Shown here: positions 43,096 through 54,812 of the stretch, in pieces
Layout of the letters: each line of letters starts with the position of its first letter
How positions within the stretch are numbered: the stretch's first letter is position 1
NCBI GenBank assembly: GCA_025558095.1
Contig: JAIVFI010000015.1
Span: 620,001 to 684,000 of the forward strand
Length of the DNA stretch: 64,000 nt
Reading direction: 5' to 3'
Source of the DNA: Hyaloraphidium curvatum SAG 235-1
Lineage: Eukaryota > Fungi > Monoblepharomycota
Made by a program: the position numbers and the translations under genes
The notes under the pieces: model-generated
Told to the model about the DNA's origin: nothing
The model's input: only the letters and a program-made list of their open reading frames with translations
The model's database searches: none

Positions 43096-46000
43096 CTAGA
43101 TCTTGGCAGGGTCGACCACGGGAACCGCGGATGCAGGAGCGGTGATCTCGATCGTGGCCGGCGCGGGAACAGGCGCAGCAACCTCGAGCGCACCGGGCGC
43201 CGCGGCCGTGACCTGCACGGGGGGGTACGCCGCCGGAGCCGCAGCGGGCATACTGTAGTCCGCCATGGGAGCTGGAGCAGCGCCGTTGGTTGCCAACTTG
43301 GCATCGTAGCCTCCGACGGCGCCCCAGTCCGCGCCGTGCTCCACGTTGTTCTGCTTCTGCTGGTCCGAGAGAATGTACTTCTCCGCCGTCTCCGAGGCCA
43401 TGGGCTTCTCGCGGCCAAACCAGCGCCAGGCCTCGTCGGTGTCCCAGACCTTCTTGAGAGCGTAGAACAGCAAGAGAGTGCCCACAGTCCAGATGAAAGC
43501 GACTATCAAGAAGCCAAACCACAGTTCATCGTTGGCCCGGAGCACCCCCTCGCATACCGCGTTCTGGAGCACGTATGTGTCCTGGATGATGTTCCTGCAG
43601 GCCGTCAAACTCAAGAGCAGCGCCTGGGTGGACTCAGCAAAGGAGCTGAAGGCCTGGGTCACGGGGTCCAGGCCGTTGGCGACAAAGTTCTGGGCCTCCG
43701 CAGACACGAGACGGAGCGTAGTGTTGGCCAGGTCCGTCGCACCCCCCTTGAGCGCCGTCAGGTTCTCCTCGAGGCTCGCGACGGATGCATCCAGACTGTT
43801 CGCGTTGGAGAGGACGGCGGACTGCGCCGTGCGGTACGAAGCGCCCTGGGCCGCATCGATGCCGTTCCAGTCCGTGTTTAGCGTGCCGGCGGTCTGCTGC
43901 AGCAGCGTCTCGGCCTCCGCAACCCGCGCAGGGTTCGAGGACTGCGCACGGCCCGCGGTGCCACCGGGAGCTGCGAGACCGGGAAGCTGCCCGGTGGCAC
44001 CAACCTGTGCCGTAGTGTACGCATCCGCACTGGCCTGGTTCACGAGGGGCTTGGTGACCTGCCTTATCACAACTTTGGTCGAGTCGATGGCCAGATCAAC
44101 GGCAGCGTTGACGTATTCGAGACCTGCGAAAGTGCCAATACGGGGATTAGTGGACCGTTCGACGGCGTACTGGGACTGCTACAGACCCTGGTTCACAAGC
44201 CCCGGCACGCGCCCGATGCCGGCGTTGACAGCCTGGCCAACGGTCGCGTTGTTGCTCGCTGCCGCAACAACGCGGTCCAGCGCCGTCTGAACGTTGGTCA
44301 GGGTCGCGGGGTCAAGACCAACGTTGATGCCGGCCTGAAGGAGCGACCGGGCGACGTCGACGGCAACCTGCAGGCCGTTGGTGCCTGCCGCACATTCCGA
44401 GCGCGCGAGGCGGAAGGCGTCGACGTGGGCCTTCACGAGGTTCGTGCCCGCCACCTGGTTGATCGTGGGCAGGAGCGCCTCAAGGTTGTCCTGCTGCACC
44501 GCAGCACAGGCGGCGCCGACAGAGACACCAATCGCCAGATAGAGCGCAGCAACAATGAAGCAGATGATGCCCAGGGCGAAGCTGGCCAGGAGACAGCTGA
44601 TGAAGGGGTCAGTGACGTCCAAGTGGATGGTCAAGAAGAACCCACTGTCCTGCCCAGCGAGGGCTCTTTGCGAACATGGCGATGAAGATCACCAGCAGGC
44701 ACAAGGCGCTGAGCCCGGCGGCGACGTATGTGAGGATGCTCCGGGCCGTGTCGATCCTGGCGAGGAAACCGATGACGTTGTCAAACTGCTGCGCGGCGGT
44801 GTCGAGGTCGTCGGAGATGGGCACGACGCTGGACTGGTACGTGTTGCTCAGGTTGGCGATGGATCCCTGGACCTGGGGAAGCAGGTTCTCCTGAGCGGCT
44901 GTTCCCGCTGGTCAGCAATCGTTCCTCAAGGCACCGATCTGATCAGACACCTACCCGTCACGCTGTTGTTCACGGCCTGCTGGATGGTCCTTGCGAGGTT
45001 CTCGCCACTGTAGTTGGCAAGCCTCCTTTCCATCTCGGCCAGCGCTCCGTTCAACCCCGCAGACGCGTTCCCCAGGAAGGCAAACATTTCGTCAGTGGCG
45101 TTCTTGACCTTCGCGGGAGGGTTGAGAGGGGCATTCGGGAAGGCCACGGGGGGCTGGAGGCGGTAGGTATCGGTGCTCCCCGGGAAGTTGATCGGTCCGT
45201 TCAGGCCATCGCGCCCGCGCTGGTTGAAGCCCGTCGCGGACTGGTTGAGCGCCCCGTAAGTGGTCTCCAGCCCGCCGGATGCGGTCTGCAGCGCGGTGGT
45301 GTAGCCGTTCACGCTGCCCGAGGCCGTCTTGGCGCCCCCGACGGACGCCTCGATCGCGTTGACCTCGGGGGTGATGCCCACGGTCACGGCCGTCACGTTG
45401 AAGTTCTGCGCGAGCCCGGTCATGGCGAGGCGCACAGTGTCGTTGAGATCTACGCGAGAATAAAGGTCAGAGATGGTCTCTTGCCGGGCAAGGCGGCTCC
45501 CTCACCTTGAAGCATGAAGTTCACGACCGGCCCGATCCCGAGAATCTTGATCTGCGCCAGCAGAAACAGGTCCTCCTCCGCCTGCTTCGCCACGTTCAGG
45601 TTCTGCGTGAACTCGATGTTGCCGTGGATGATGAGGACCAGCGACCACAGGCCAAAGGCCAGGGTCGCGAGGAGGACCAGAATAGGGAACCAGAGCCGCT
45701 TGCAGCTGAAAGGTTTGTACATCGACTTTGGCCGCTCGACGAATCGCTTGACGAGCGCCGGGTGTATCTTGGCGCACATGTAGATGCCGATGGGGATGAA
45801 CACGCCCGCGATGACGAAGAGGATGGCGGCGAAGATGATGGCGGGGTAAAAGAGGTCCCAGACCTGCCGCGGAGAGGGGTCAGGGAGGCCGACGACCCTC
45901 CGCAGGGCGACCGACCTGCTGGGCCGTCAACGCCTGGTTCGGCGCGAGCGCCAGGTCCCGCATGAGCTTCTGGCGCAGGTCGCGGGCGCCGTACGAGAAG

Positions 46001-46195
46001 TCGGGTGAGTACTCGGCCGCCAGATAGCCATCTTTTTGGGCCAGGGCCTCGCGGCGCGCGGCGGTGAACTTGGTCGCAACTGCGGAGGGTCAGGAAGGGC
46101 GCGGACCCCCGGGGGCCGCACCCACAGCTGAGGGTCCGGTTCGCGAACGAAATCGTATTGTTGACGCTCCCGTAGGTGTCCGTAATGTAGCCCAT
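43096..46195 (-). CDS. Prominin/tweety-like 5-TM membrane glycoprotein, multi-exon
   Basis: Two TMs, a large N-glycosylation-rich helical loop, two TMs followed by a Cys (GAAC), a second large loop ending C…Y……C……LW, a final TM and a cytosolic tail. Confidence 0.6.
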
Positions 46196-46422
46196 CGTGC
46201 CGGACCGACGGGAGGTGGAGCACGATGGGAAAGAAAGTTGCTTCGGTCCCTGAATCGCGGCCGCCGCCGCCCGACGAGCCCCTGTGGCTGAGCAGTCTGT
46301 CCCCCGGCCTCGACCCCAAGCCTCAACGATAAGCCCCGACGCTTCCCGGTGCTGGACCGCATTCAAACCAAGCCCAGGCCATTGATGCAAAGACTGGCAT
46401 CGCGTCGGCGTGCGGCGGTGCA

Positions 46423-47480
46423 CTACAGAGCCGTTCCGCACGACGGGCACGCACCCTCCCTCGAGAACCATTCCGCGCCGCAGGCGGCGTGGCAGGCGTG
46501 CCGGCACGGCAGACACCACGCCTTGACTCCGGATGGAAGCGAGACCATGCAAAGAGCGCAGGTGGAACCGGCGTCGGGCTTGCCAGAACGCACGCGTCGG
46601 AGCTGCTCGGCGGAAGCGCCTGTCGAACTCCGCACCGGAACGCCGACTATAGCGAGGCGCAGAAAAATCAGGCAGTTAGTGATCCTGAACAGATCAACGC
46701 AAATCCAAGTCATGACGGCTCACCGTAGAGACCCGGCAGAGCGGTGCCGTTCGATATCCACGGCATCCACGGCGCCGTCCATGACACGTCGTCACCGGTC
46801 CATTGCTCTTCTCTTTGCTCCGCACCATCCTTGCCGCGTCCTTTGCTATTCTTAGTTCCCTTGGCTTGCTGACTGGCCTCCTGGGACGCCTGCGGCTGGC
46901 CGTTCTGACCGATCGCCCCAAGGGAAGGCTTGGTGCTTTTCCCCCCCCTTATTCTGTCCAGCTCAGCCTGCAGCCGCGCCAACTCCTCGTTGTGGTAATC
47001 TTCGTCACCGCGGCACTCAGCCAGCACTGTCCGGCTCCCTGGGGCATTGGTGATCACGAAGCGCAGCACAGCCGTTCTGATCTGCGTGAGCTTCGTCAGC
47101 TCGCTCAGGCGCCGGGAGATCTCGGCCAGACGCGAAGAATCGTCCGCTTCCGACACGAATTCGTCCCGGCGGAGAGGGAGAGCGAGGCGGCGGAACGTGA
47201 GGATCAGGGAATGGAGGTCCGCCAAAGGAGAGAAGTGCCCCGCCGTGGGCTGTTGGGGGACTGCCGTGTCTTCCGTGCCGCCCGAGGGTTGCTCATCCCG
47301 GTCGGCTGTGCACGGCTCGCTGTCCTCGCGGCCCGAATCGGCGGAACGCTTGGACTGGGTCTTCTCCGCGGCACCCGGCACGACGATGGAGAGCGCGGGC
47401 GGCGTCGTCCGCCGAACAGGCTTCGCGGCAGCTTCCTCGTCGAGAGAAAAGGGTATGGAGGGGTAGGGGAGGCAGGACAT
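46423..47480 (-). CDS. RING-H2 E3 ubiquitin ligase-like protein
   Basis: Last exon CALC…LPCRHACHAACGAEWFSREGACPSC; upstream ORF 46710-47480 joined through an intron at gtgagc (~46720). Confidence 0.72.
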
Positions 47481-47624
47481 CTCTGCGGAGGGAGGACGCG
47501 TCTGTTTTGCACCACCCAGTGACGCGAATCACCGGTCGGCCTGCAAGCCTGCACCGCGTAGAACACAGCGCTCTCCCGCACAGCGCCGGCCACTCCCTCT
47601 ACTGCTGGAGAGCGCGTTGCAAAG

Positions 47625-48272
47625 ATGGTGTCCACGCAGCTTTCTCAGCCCGAATGGCAGCCCTTCTTCGATTTCTGGTTTCCCACGGCGCTCGAAACCT
47701 CCTCGTCCGCTGAAGACCACGGAGCCCACTTTCGCCGCTGGTTCGCTGGCGGCACCACCCAAGGCCTGCAGCAGTTCGCCGACCTCCTCGTCGGGGCCCG
47801 ACACGGCCAGCTAGACTCATGGACTGCCGATCCCGAGGGCCACCTCGCGCTCGTCGTCCTGCTCGACCAAGCTCCGCGCGGCCTGTTTGCGGGGAGCCCC
47901 GAAGCCTATGCCTGCGACTCCAAGGCGTGCAGCCTGGCGAACATGATGCTTGCAAACGGCAGCTACGACAAGCTGCATCGCCCGTGGCACAAGACATTCG
48001 TCGGCGTCGCGCTCGCGCACTGCGAGGGACCAGACCACCTCGAGAGGCTGAATGTCGCCGTGGAGCTCGCCGATGCAATCGCAGCCGAAGGTTCGGAAGC
48101 TTTGCGCGGGATTTACGAGCATTCGGCGCGACAGGCACACGGTCACAGGGAGGTGATCGCAAGGTTCGGGCGGTTTCCTCACAGGAACGCGGTGCTGGGG
48201 CGCGAGTCGACGGATGAGGAAGAGGAGTACCTGGAGAAGGGAGATTTCGTGTTCAACCGGCCGCTTCCTTGA
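47625..48272 (+). CDS. DUF924 family protein, intronless
   Basis: FWF, RWF, LALVVLLDQAPRGLF, H.E, H..VI.RFGRFPHRNAVLGREST.EE. Confidence 0.92.
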   Translation: MVSTQLSQPEWQPFFDFWFPTALETSSSAEDHGAHFRRWFAGGTTQGLQQFADLLVGARHGQLDSWTADPEGHLALVVLLDQAPRGLFAGSPEAYACDSKACSLANMMLANGSYDKLHRPWHKTFVGVALAHCEGPDHLERLNVAVELADAIAAEGSEALRGIYEHSARQAHGHREVIARFGRFPHRNAVLGRESTDEEEEYLEKGDFVFNRPLP

Positions 48273-48473
48273 TCGTCGCCTCGCGGTGCTGCTGCATGGA
48301 ACGGGACTGATCGAGGGTTGCGTGGTCCGGGCCCGGCTTGCGAGCTACACTGTCAATCCTAGATAAGAAAATCGTGCGGTAGCGCAATGTGAAGAGCGAA
48401 TTGATCATCCAAGATCTCCGACCTTGACGTAGCTCCGCCAATGTGGGAGGCGATGCGGCTCGGCGACCGATGA

Positions 48474-49600
48474 TCGTTCGACGACGCCGCGCTCAGACAG
48501 TACTGCTTCCTTACGCAATTTTGCCACCTGCGCTACCAAAAGCCCAATCCGCTCCGGCCGTTGGCCAGCGGAGAGCGAATGGCCGAGGAAGCTTCGTCCC
48601 CTGCAGCGGCGCCTGCGGACGGGCTGTACCGGCTCGTGCAACATGACCCGGACGACGAGCATTGTCCATGCGCTCTGACCTCTTGCTCTGGCCGTTTGGG
48701 CTTTGGGCCGGCGTCTCTCGGGGACTACAGTACGTGTTTCTCGTTCTTGCGGGATACTTTGCTTCGTACATTCTTTTTTGTATGGACACCGCTAGTCACT
48801 TTCGGAGACCAGCTCTGGTCCGTATGGTGGTGGTAGTGGTAGTGGTAGGATGGGGGCAAGGAGCGCTTCTTGGGGTTGGTTTTCGTGGGTTTTCAGTCTG
48901 CATAGCCGGGCCCTCGATTTGGCCTTGGCAAATCTTCTTTGCCGGTTCAGCTTCCTGTTCGAAGCCAGCAGGCGGGAATCACGGCGCCCTGTCTGGCAAA
49001 GGAGCTGTACGTTCTCCATCATGCGTAGCTGATCCGGTTTGGCAAGGAAGGATCGTGCAGCTCACCTACGGCTCGGGTTACATTCTCGCCCGCGGACTTT
49101 TCATGCTGGTTCCGGCCTTCATCAACATTGTGAGCTCCTGGTACTTAGGTGCTGCTGGGGTACTGAATGTTGAACCAGATTGTCGGCAACTGCATCCCTT
49201 TGTACACCATCCTCTTTGTTACTACAAACGGCCTCTTGGTGGGCTTGAAAGTACTTCACGTGGCCGTGTGAAACGGAATCCTGGAAAGCCTGACGGACAA
49301 GTACCGGGATGCGCTGAGGACGGTCAGGGAAATGGCGCTGAGGTTGGCTTCCACGGACGGCGGCAGCGGGAAGCTCGGTGGCGGCTCTTTGGACGAAGGC
49401 GCGGCAGCATTGCTCTCGTACCAGGCGGCCGTGTTGGAATCCTACACGGATGTGGCGAGGTACAAGGCAAGACTGTTTGGGTTCGCGTTCAGCTACTCGT
49501 CTGCGAGGGCTCTGTGGGTACAGCACGCGTGGCATTAGCTCCTTGTCTGTCGCCTAATGTGCGCACGTATTTCTTAGGCTCGCCACGACGATCACGCTGC
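48474..49600 (+). pseudogene. Decayed paralogue of the 58687-60187 7-TM family
   Basis: Homologous fragments in three frames: SFDDAALRQY, VQHDPDDEHCPCALTSCSGRL, AVLESYTDVARYKARLFGFAFSYSSARAL. Several stops and frameshifts, lower GC. Confidence 0.68.
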
Positions 49601-49889
49601 TAATTGCGGCGTACACGGTGCTCCGCGCTTCGGGCGCCTTTGTCACTTTGGAGACAGAGTGTCCAGCCATCAATGGTGCCGCCTAGCAGATTCGGATGGA
49701 AAGATACAATCCGTATCCTCCTGATGCCTGATCGTTCCATTTTCTCGGGCATGAGCGGGAGTTGATGGAGGAGTGTGTTGCCGACGTTACTGTACTCCTC
49801 CGCGCACTCGATCTGCCGAACCGTCGCCCGCAACGTGGGAAGTGAGAACGTGTCGTTGGTCAACACGCAGTCACGCTTCAGACTCGTCC

Positions 49890-50483
49890 ATGGAGTTCGA
49901 CTACTTCTTCCTGACGCTCTCATCGGGCACCGCCAGAGCGTTCGCCGACTTGCTACGGCCGCTCCTGGCCGACGGGGAGGTCGCGGGCGGCGCACTGCTC
50001 GGCCTCTTTGCCCCGCAGCTCGGTTGGCACTTGCGCGAGGCCGCCGTGCTGATCCGCTGGGCGCCAGACGCGCCGGGACGCGAAAGCATCGCCGAGAAGA
50101 TCGCCGGGCTCCCGGGCGTCGCGTCGTCCGTGCGGCACCGGCTTTCGCCGCTCGCGCGTTTCGACGCGGACGCGCTGGCAAAGGGCGGGATCTTCGTGCA
50201 CCGCTGGTTCGACGTTGCCGAGGCCGACGTGGCGGAGTTCGTTGCCCTCTCCCAGTCGGCGTGGGCCGAGTTTGAGTCGCTCTTTGACGCGCGCGTATTC
50301 GGGCTGGCCGGCACCGACGGGGCGTCCGGCCAGAAGCGCATCCTTCTGCTCACTCGCTACGGGAGCCACGGCGTGTGGGAAGAGTCCAGGGATCCAAGCA
50401 CGTCGGCGATGGCCACGTTCATGCGGAGACAGTTGCTCACGAAGGACACATGGGCAGCGAGCTCGCTGCTCGTCGACGTCTGA
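49890..50483 (+). CDS. NIPSNAP-like dimeric barrel protein (bacterial-type), intronless
   Basis: GLFAPQLGW, GIFVHRWFDV…EFVALSQSAWAEFE…ARVFGL…LLLTRYGSHGVWEESR. Confidence 0.62.
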   Translation: MEFDYFFLTLSSGTARAFADLLRPLLADGEVAGGALLGLFAPQLGWHLREAAVLIRWAPDAPGRESIAEKIAGLPGVASSVRHRLSPLARFDADALAKGGIFVHRWFDVAEADVAEFVALSQSAWAEFESLFDARVFGLAGTDGASGQKRILLLTRYGSHGVWEESRDPSTSAMATFMRRQLLTKDTWAASSLLVDV

Positions 50484-50674
50484 ACTGCTGCGAAGGCCGC
50501 TGGAGCTCCTCTCGGACGGATGCTTGTTGTCGCGATGTGGATCGGATCGAATTGAGGGAGTTACTTGACCTGCATGTTGCCACTCCTTTTGTCCGGATTC
50601 TGTCCGGCCGCGCAGTCCCTCGTCTCGTGTCCGATCCACCTCCTTTTGGACACATCCGACGCACGCCCGCACCG

Positions 50675-51169
50675 ATGGAGCTCTCCCCCGGACTGAAAAA
50701 GGCCGCCGAGGAGCTCGCGCGCGCGGTCGCTTCCGGGGGCTCGCAGGCCGCGGCGATGCAGGCCTCGCAGGACGCCGTGGCGGAGCTTAGGAACATCCAC
50801 GGGCTGGCGCAGAAGCTCGTCGACGGGATTGCGGGCGTGGAAGAGGCGATCAAGGCCCAAACGAGGCAGCAGGCAATCCACTTCGCCATGGCGAACACGA
50901 CCAGGTTTCGTTCGAGTATCAGAAGGGTGATTCGGAGCCGCGGGACAGCTCCCGGCAAGTGGAGTGGTTCTTGGGCGTGTTCAACATTCGCAACAGCGCG
51001 GTCATTGCTGATGACTTGTACATTGGGGAGTCGCCGTACTTTGGCGTGACCGGTGCAACAAACGAGACACGCCAAGCGACGCGCTCTCCGATCAGCTTCA
51101 CTGGCTGCGGGCATCAAACCGGCTGTGAAGAAGAACCAGCAGGGACGGTGGATCATCTCTCTGCCTTGA
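50675..51169 (+). pseudogene. Small coiled-coil-leader protein gene broken by ~3 frameshifts
   Basis: Coding-like segments hop frames: MELSPG…FAMANTTR / SFEYQKG…VEWFLGVFNIR…ETRQ / DALSDQLHWL / GIKPAVKKNQQGRWIISLP*. Confidence 0.5.
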
Positions 51170-51327
51170 CTGCAGATCTTAGGTGCTCGACGATGAATCT
51201 AGATGCAGGATATATGTCACAGCGGCGAACTAAGGCTACCATGTATACGGCGATCCAATCCAGCCATGTTCCAGCATTCCCCTTACGGACAGCAGATCTG
51301 CTGGGTCGTTTTGTCTGCGGTGCCGCG

Positions 51328-54300
51328 TCAGATCTCCAGTCCGGCCCCGAGCAAGACGTGAAACCCACAGGTGACCCGGCTCGTGAACGAGCACGAGACG
51401 CTCTGGCATCCCGTTAAACCGTTGAAGGTGACCTTGACGTTGAGCGTGTTGCCGGTTTGGGCCGGGGACAGCGAAGAGAGGTCGACCACCGGTGTCGGGG
51501 GCGGCAGCTGGAGGTTGGAGAAGCCCGGGAGGGGGACGTTGCCGGAGTCGAAGAAGGTGACGTTGACGCTCGTGACTGCGAGTATCCGGCCGTCAGCAAG
51601 GCGCGTGAACGGAGCAGGTGGGGACCCACAGGTGGCCGTCGGCGGCTTCATGCCCAGGAACTCCCACTTGTTCCACGACAGGAGCGTCTGCGTGCACTTG
51701 TCCGCATCCTGGAGCTGGATGGTGGCGAAATCAGGCGCGCCGCTGGACAGGGTGCCGCAGCCTTTGGTGGCCGTCTGCGGGTTGAACGTCCACTGCGGCG
51801 TTTCGGGATGATCAGGGCGAGGAAATCTGGGGCGTCGGATGACCCACGATGTTGCCCGCGTCTCCGTTGGCCCACCAGCAATCGGGCTTCTCCTTCCGAA
51901 TGGTGTATGTGCGGTAATAGCCGTCCTTGATCTCGGAGGACGGGGCAAAGCCATAGGCCGGGTAGTTCGGGCACGTCGCATCTGTGGCCATGTCGAAGCA
52001 GCACACGCCCGAGCCGCAGGGGAGGATGATCTTGGTGCCTAGTAGGTCGCCCGAAACGCCGGGCCAACGGAGGCCCGGGCTGAAGTTGGTGTTGAGCTCT
52101 GCGGGCGTAGCACAGGTCACGAATGGTTCGGAGGAGCGAGCGCAACTGGAACCCACGTTTGATGAAGTTCCCGCTCAGGTCAAAGCACGCAGGACTCGGC
52201 GAGGAAGCGTTCACGCCCATCGCTCCGCCGATGCACACTCCCGAGTCGATGGTTGCCGAGGTGCGGTAGGGGAAGAGATCCGAATACGTGTTGCCGTTGG
52301 ATTGGGCTCCTGCAGGGACCTTGACGGGCCACAGCCCCCCGCACTCATACGACGGGTCGTTGTTCGGGTCGACGCAGGCGATCAGGTCGTAGTCCACGTT
52401 CGTGCGGCCGGGCTGGAAGATGTAGATCTTGCCCCGAATCAGGCGCGTCCAGGCCGTGTTGACGCTCTGCTGCCGCCAGCCGGTGGGGTACTTGACGGGA
52501 ATCGGGTTCTCTGGGCACGGTTCCATGGTGGCTGTGTCGAAGCAGTGGAGAGCGTTGCGCTCGTCGTCCAGTCCGAAGCCATCGACATTGTTGATCTGGA
52601 CATGGAAATGGGCTGTCAGATACGACTCTGCGCATCGGCGCGGGCGACCCACGGCGTAAATCTTGGTCCCCACGATGGGCTGGCCGACGGGTCCCTGGTT
52701 GCTGCCCCCGAAGCCGGGCCGAGATCCGTACTGATCCCTCGACATCCTGAAGTTCCCGCACAAAACTGGAACGGACCCCAGAGCTCCTAGATCGACGCAA
52801 GTCACGGAGTTGTATCCCACGCCGCTGCTGTTTGACATGGTCCATTGCCACAGACGATTCGGTACGACCGGGTCCCACATGACGCGGGACTGCAGAGAAG
52901 TGACGATGCCAGGAAACTGCGTCGGGAATCCCCCGGGACAGCGGGTGCCGTCGCGGAGGAAACAGTCCACGCGCATCGGCACCTTGTGGTGGTAGACGTT
53001 GATGACGCGGGCCTCGTCGTCGGTGAAACCGACGTCCCAGCCGTCGCCGCCCGTGTTGGCGGTGAAGTCGACGCCCGGCGGCGTGATCGGGGAGTCGTTC
53101 TCCAGGATCGAGGTGCCGTTTGGCCCGGAAGTAGAGCCGTTGCCGTCGGGCACCACGGAGCAGGTCTTGGTTGCTGTGTACGAGGTCGTGGCCGTGCGCG
53201 TCGTCCTAGAAGTCGAGGTTTGGGTCCTGGTCCTGGTCCGGCTCTTGGTCGTGCTTGCTTTTGGGAGCGGCGGCGGCGGCGGGGGTGCAATTGGTAAGTC
53301 GGTGGTTGTCATTTTACGAGTGCTCGAAGTCCTCGTTCGCGACGCCGTCGTCGTTCGTGGGCTGTTCGTGCACTTGGCCGTGACGTTGGTGGTGACGGAA
53401 ACGCTGAGCAAGGCGGTCTTCAGGATTCTGTCCGGCGACGCTGCACCAGCGATCTGCGACCCACGTAGTGATGACCGGCGGCAAAGACGTGGTCTCCGTG
53501 ATAGTGGTGCCGGAATTTGATTCGGTAACTGTCACGACGGTGCCGTCGAAGTAGACTGGGCGAACGGATGTCAGGTTGGGCGGCAAGAGAGCTTGCTGCG
53601 GCGCAAGTGGAACCCACGCGTGCTGGTTCGGGTTTTCGTCGTGATTACGACGGTGTACGAGGTGCTCGTGTCGGGGAAGCTAGGTGGAAGATGCAAGAAT
53701 GCCGGAACAGCCGGTCGCAGCCAATCAGCGTGAGGTTGGGCCGAAAGCCCATCCCAAACTCACACGGTGAGGGTGCTTGTGGCGGATTTGATCTGGCCCG
53801 TGACCTGACGGAGTGAAAGACAGCAATCTGAGCGTTATGGAACGCGCGGCGGGGCAGCGGCTACGCACGGTCGTCGATGTTGTAACCGTTGTCTTGGAGA
53901 CCAGCGCCGAAGTCTTTGTGACCGTTGTCTTCTTAATCATTGTCGACTTGATCGTCTTTGTCGTCGTCCGTGTGCACCGAACCAACGACGTGCAAGCTGG
54001 GCACGCCGGGTTGACGTTGCTCCGCAGCCTGAGCTTGCGCCGTGCGCGAATACCCGGGCGCGGCGGAGGCGCCGCAAACACCTCGCGCTCCCCGCGCTCC
54101 CCGTCCAGCACGAACTCCGTGTCCACGGTCCAGCCGCTGTCGGCGACGTTGGTTTCTGGCAGCTCCGACCACGCGCCGCCGGCGTCCTGCGGCATCATTC
54201 GGCGGGCCAGGCCCGGGAGGGGCCGCAAAAGCGGAACGGGGTCCTGGCACTGAAAAGTGAGCGTGTCCGTCTGCGTGGAAGTGACCGTGAGCGTCGGCTT

Positions 54301-54812
54301 CACTGTCTCGGTCACGACAATCGACGGATCGCCTGCAGGACGGCAGATGGTGAGGCGGCGCGACGACAAACAAGGAGCACCGGCTCACCCGTCACGGTGA
54401 GAGTTTGGTCGGGCAGGATGACCGAAGTCGTCGCTGTGGTCGACACGGTGACGGTAGAGGGAAGCGTTGTGATCTGGTCCTCCCCGATTTGGACCGTTGT
54501 GGTCCCGAGAATGAACTGGAACGTCGTCGTGGTGCTAGAAACAGTGGCCGTCCGTGACGCCGTGACCACCGTTGTCTTCTTCAGCGTCGAAGTCACGGTC
54601 TTGCGCACGGTCTTCGTGATCTTTTTGGCCACCGAGATGCAGCGCGTGACCGTTTTCGGCCGGCAGCCGGCCGCGGCCTGGGGGCAGTTGAGGTCCCCGA
54701 CGTGGTTCGGGGAGACCTGCCGCCGCTCCAGGGCCTCGGAAGCGCCCGCCGCCGCCAAGCACGCCGCCAGCAAGACCACGGCAGCGGCCAGGAGCCGCCA
54801 AGACTGGGCCAT
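51328..54812 (-). CDS. Large secreted Thr-rich (mucin-like) protein with a Cys-rich C-terminal globular domain, many exons
   Basis: Signal MAQSWRLLAAAVVLLAACLAAAGA, T/V-rich tracts with CP..C…RC modules, then a domain beginning GGDGWDVGF…NVYHH with repeated C(F/V)D motifs. Confidence 0.75.

Noticed and set aside
42542-43099. 185-aa + strand ORF and neighbouring short ORFs
   Set aside because: No family signal; more likely the 5' exons/promoter of the SP-RING gene and the 3' UTR of the prominin-like gene.
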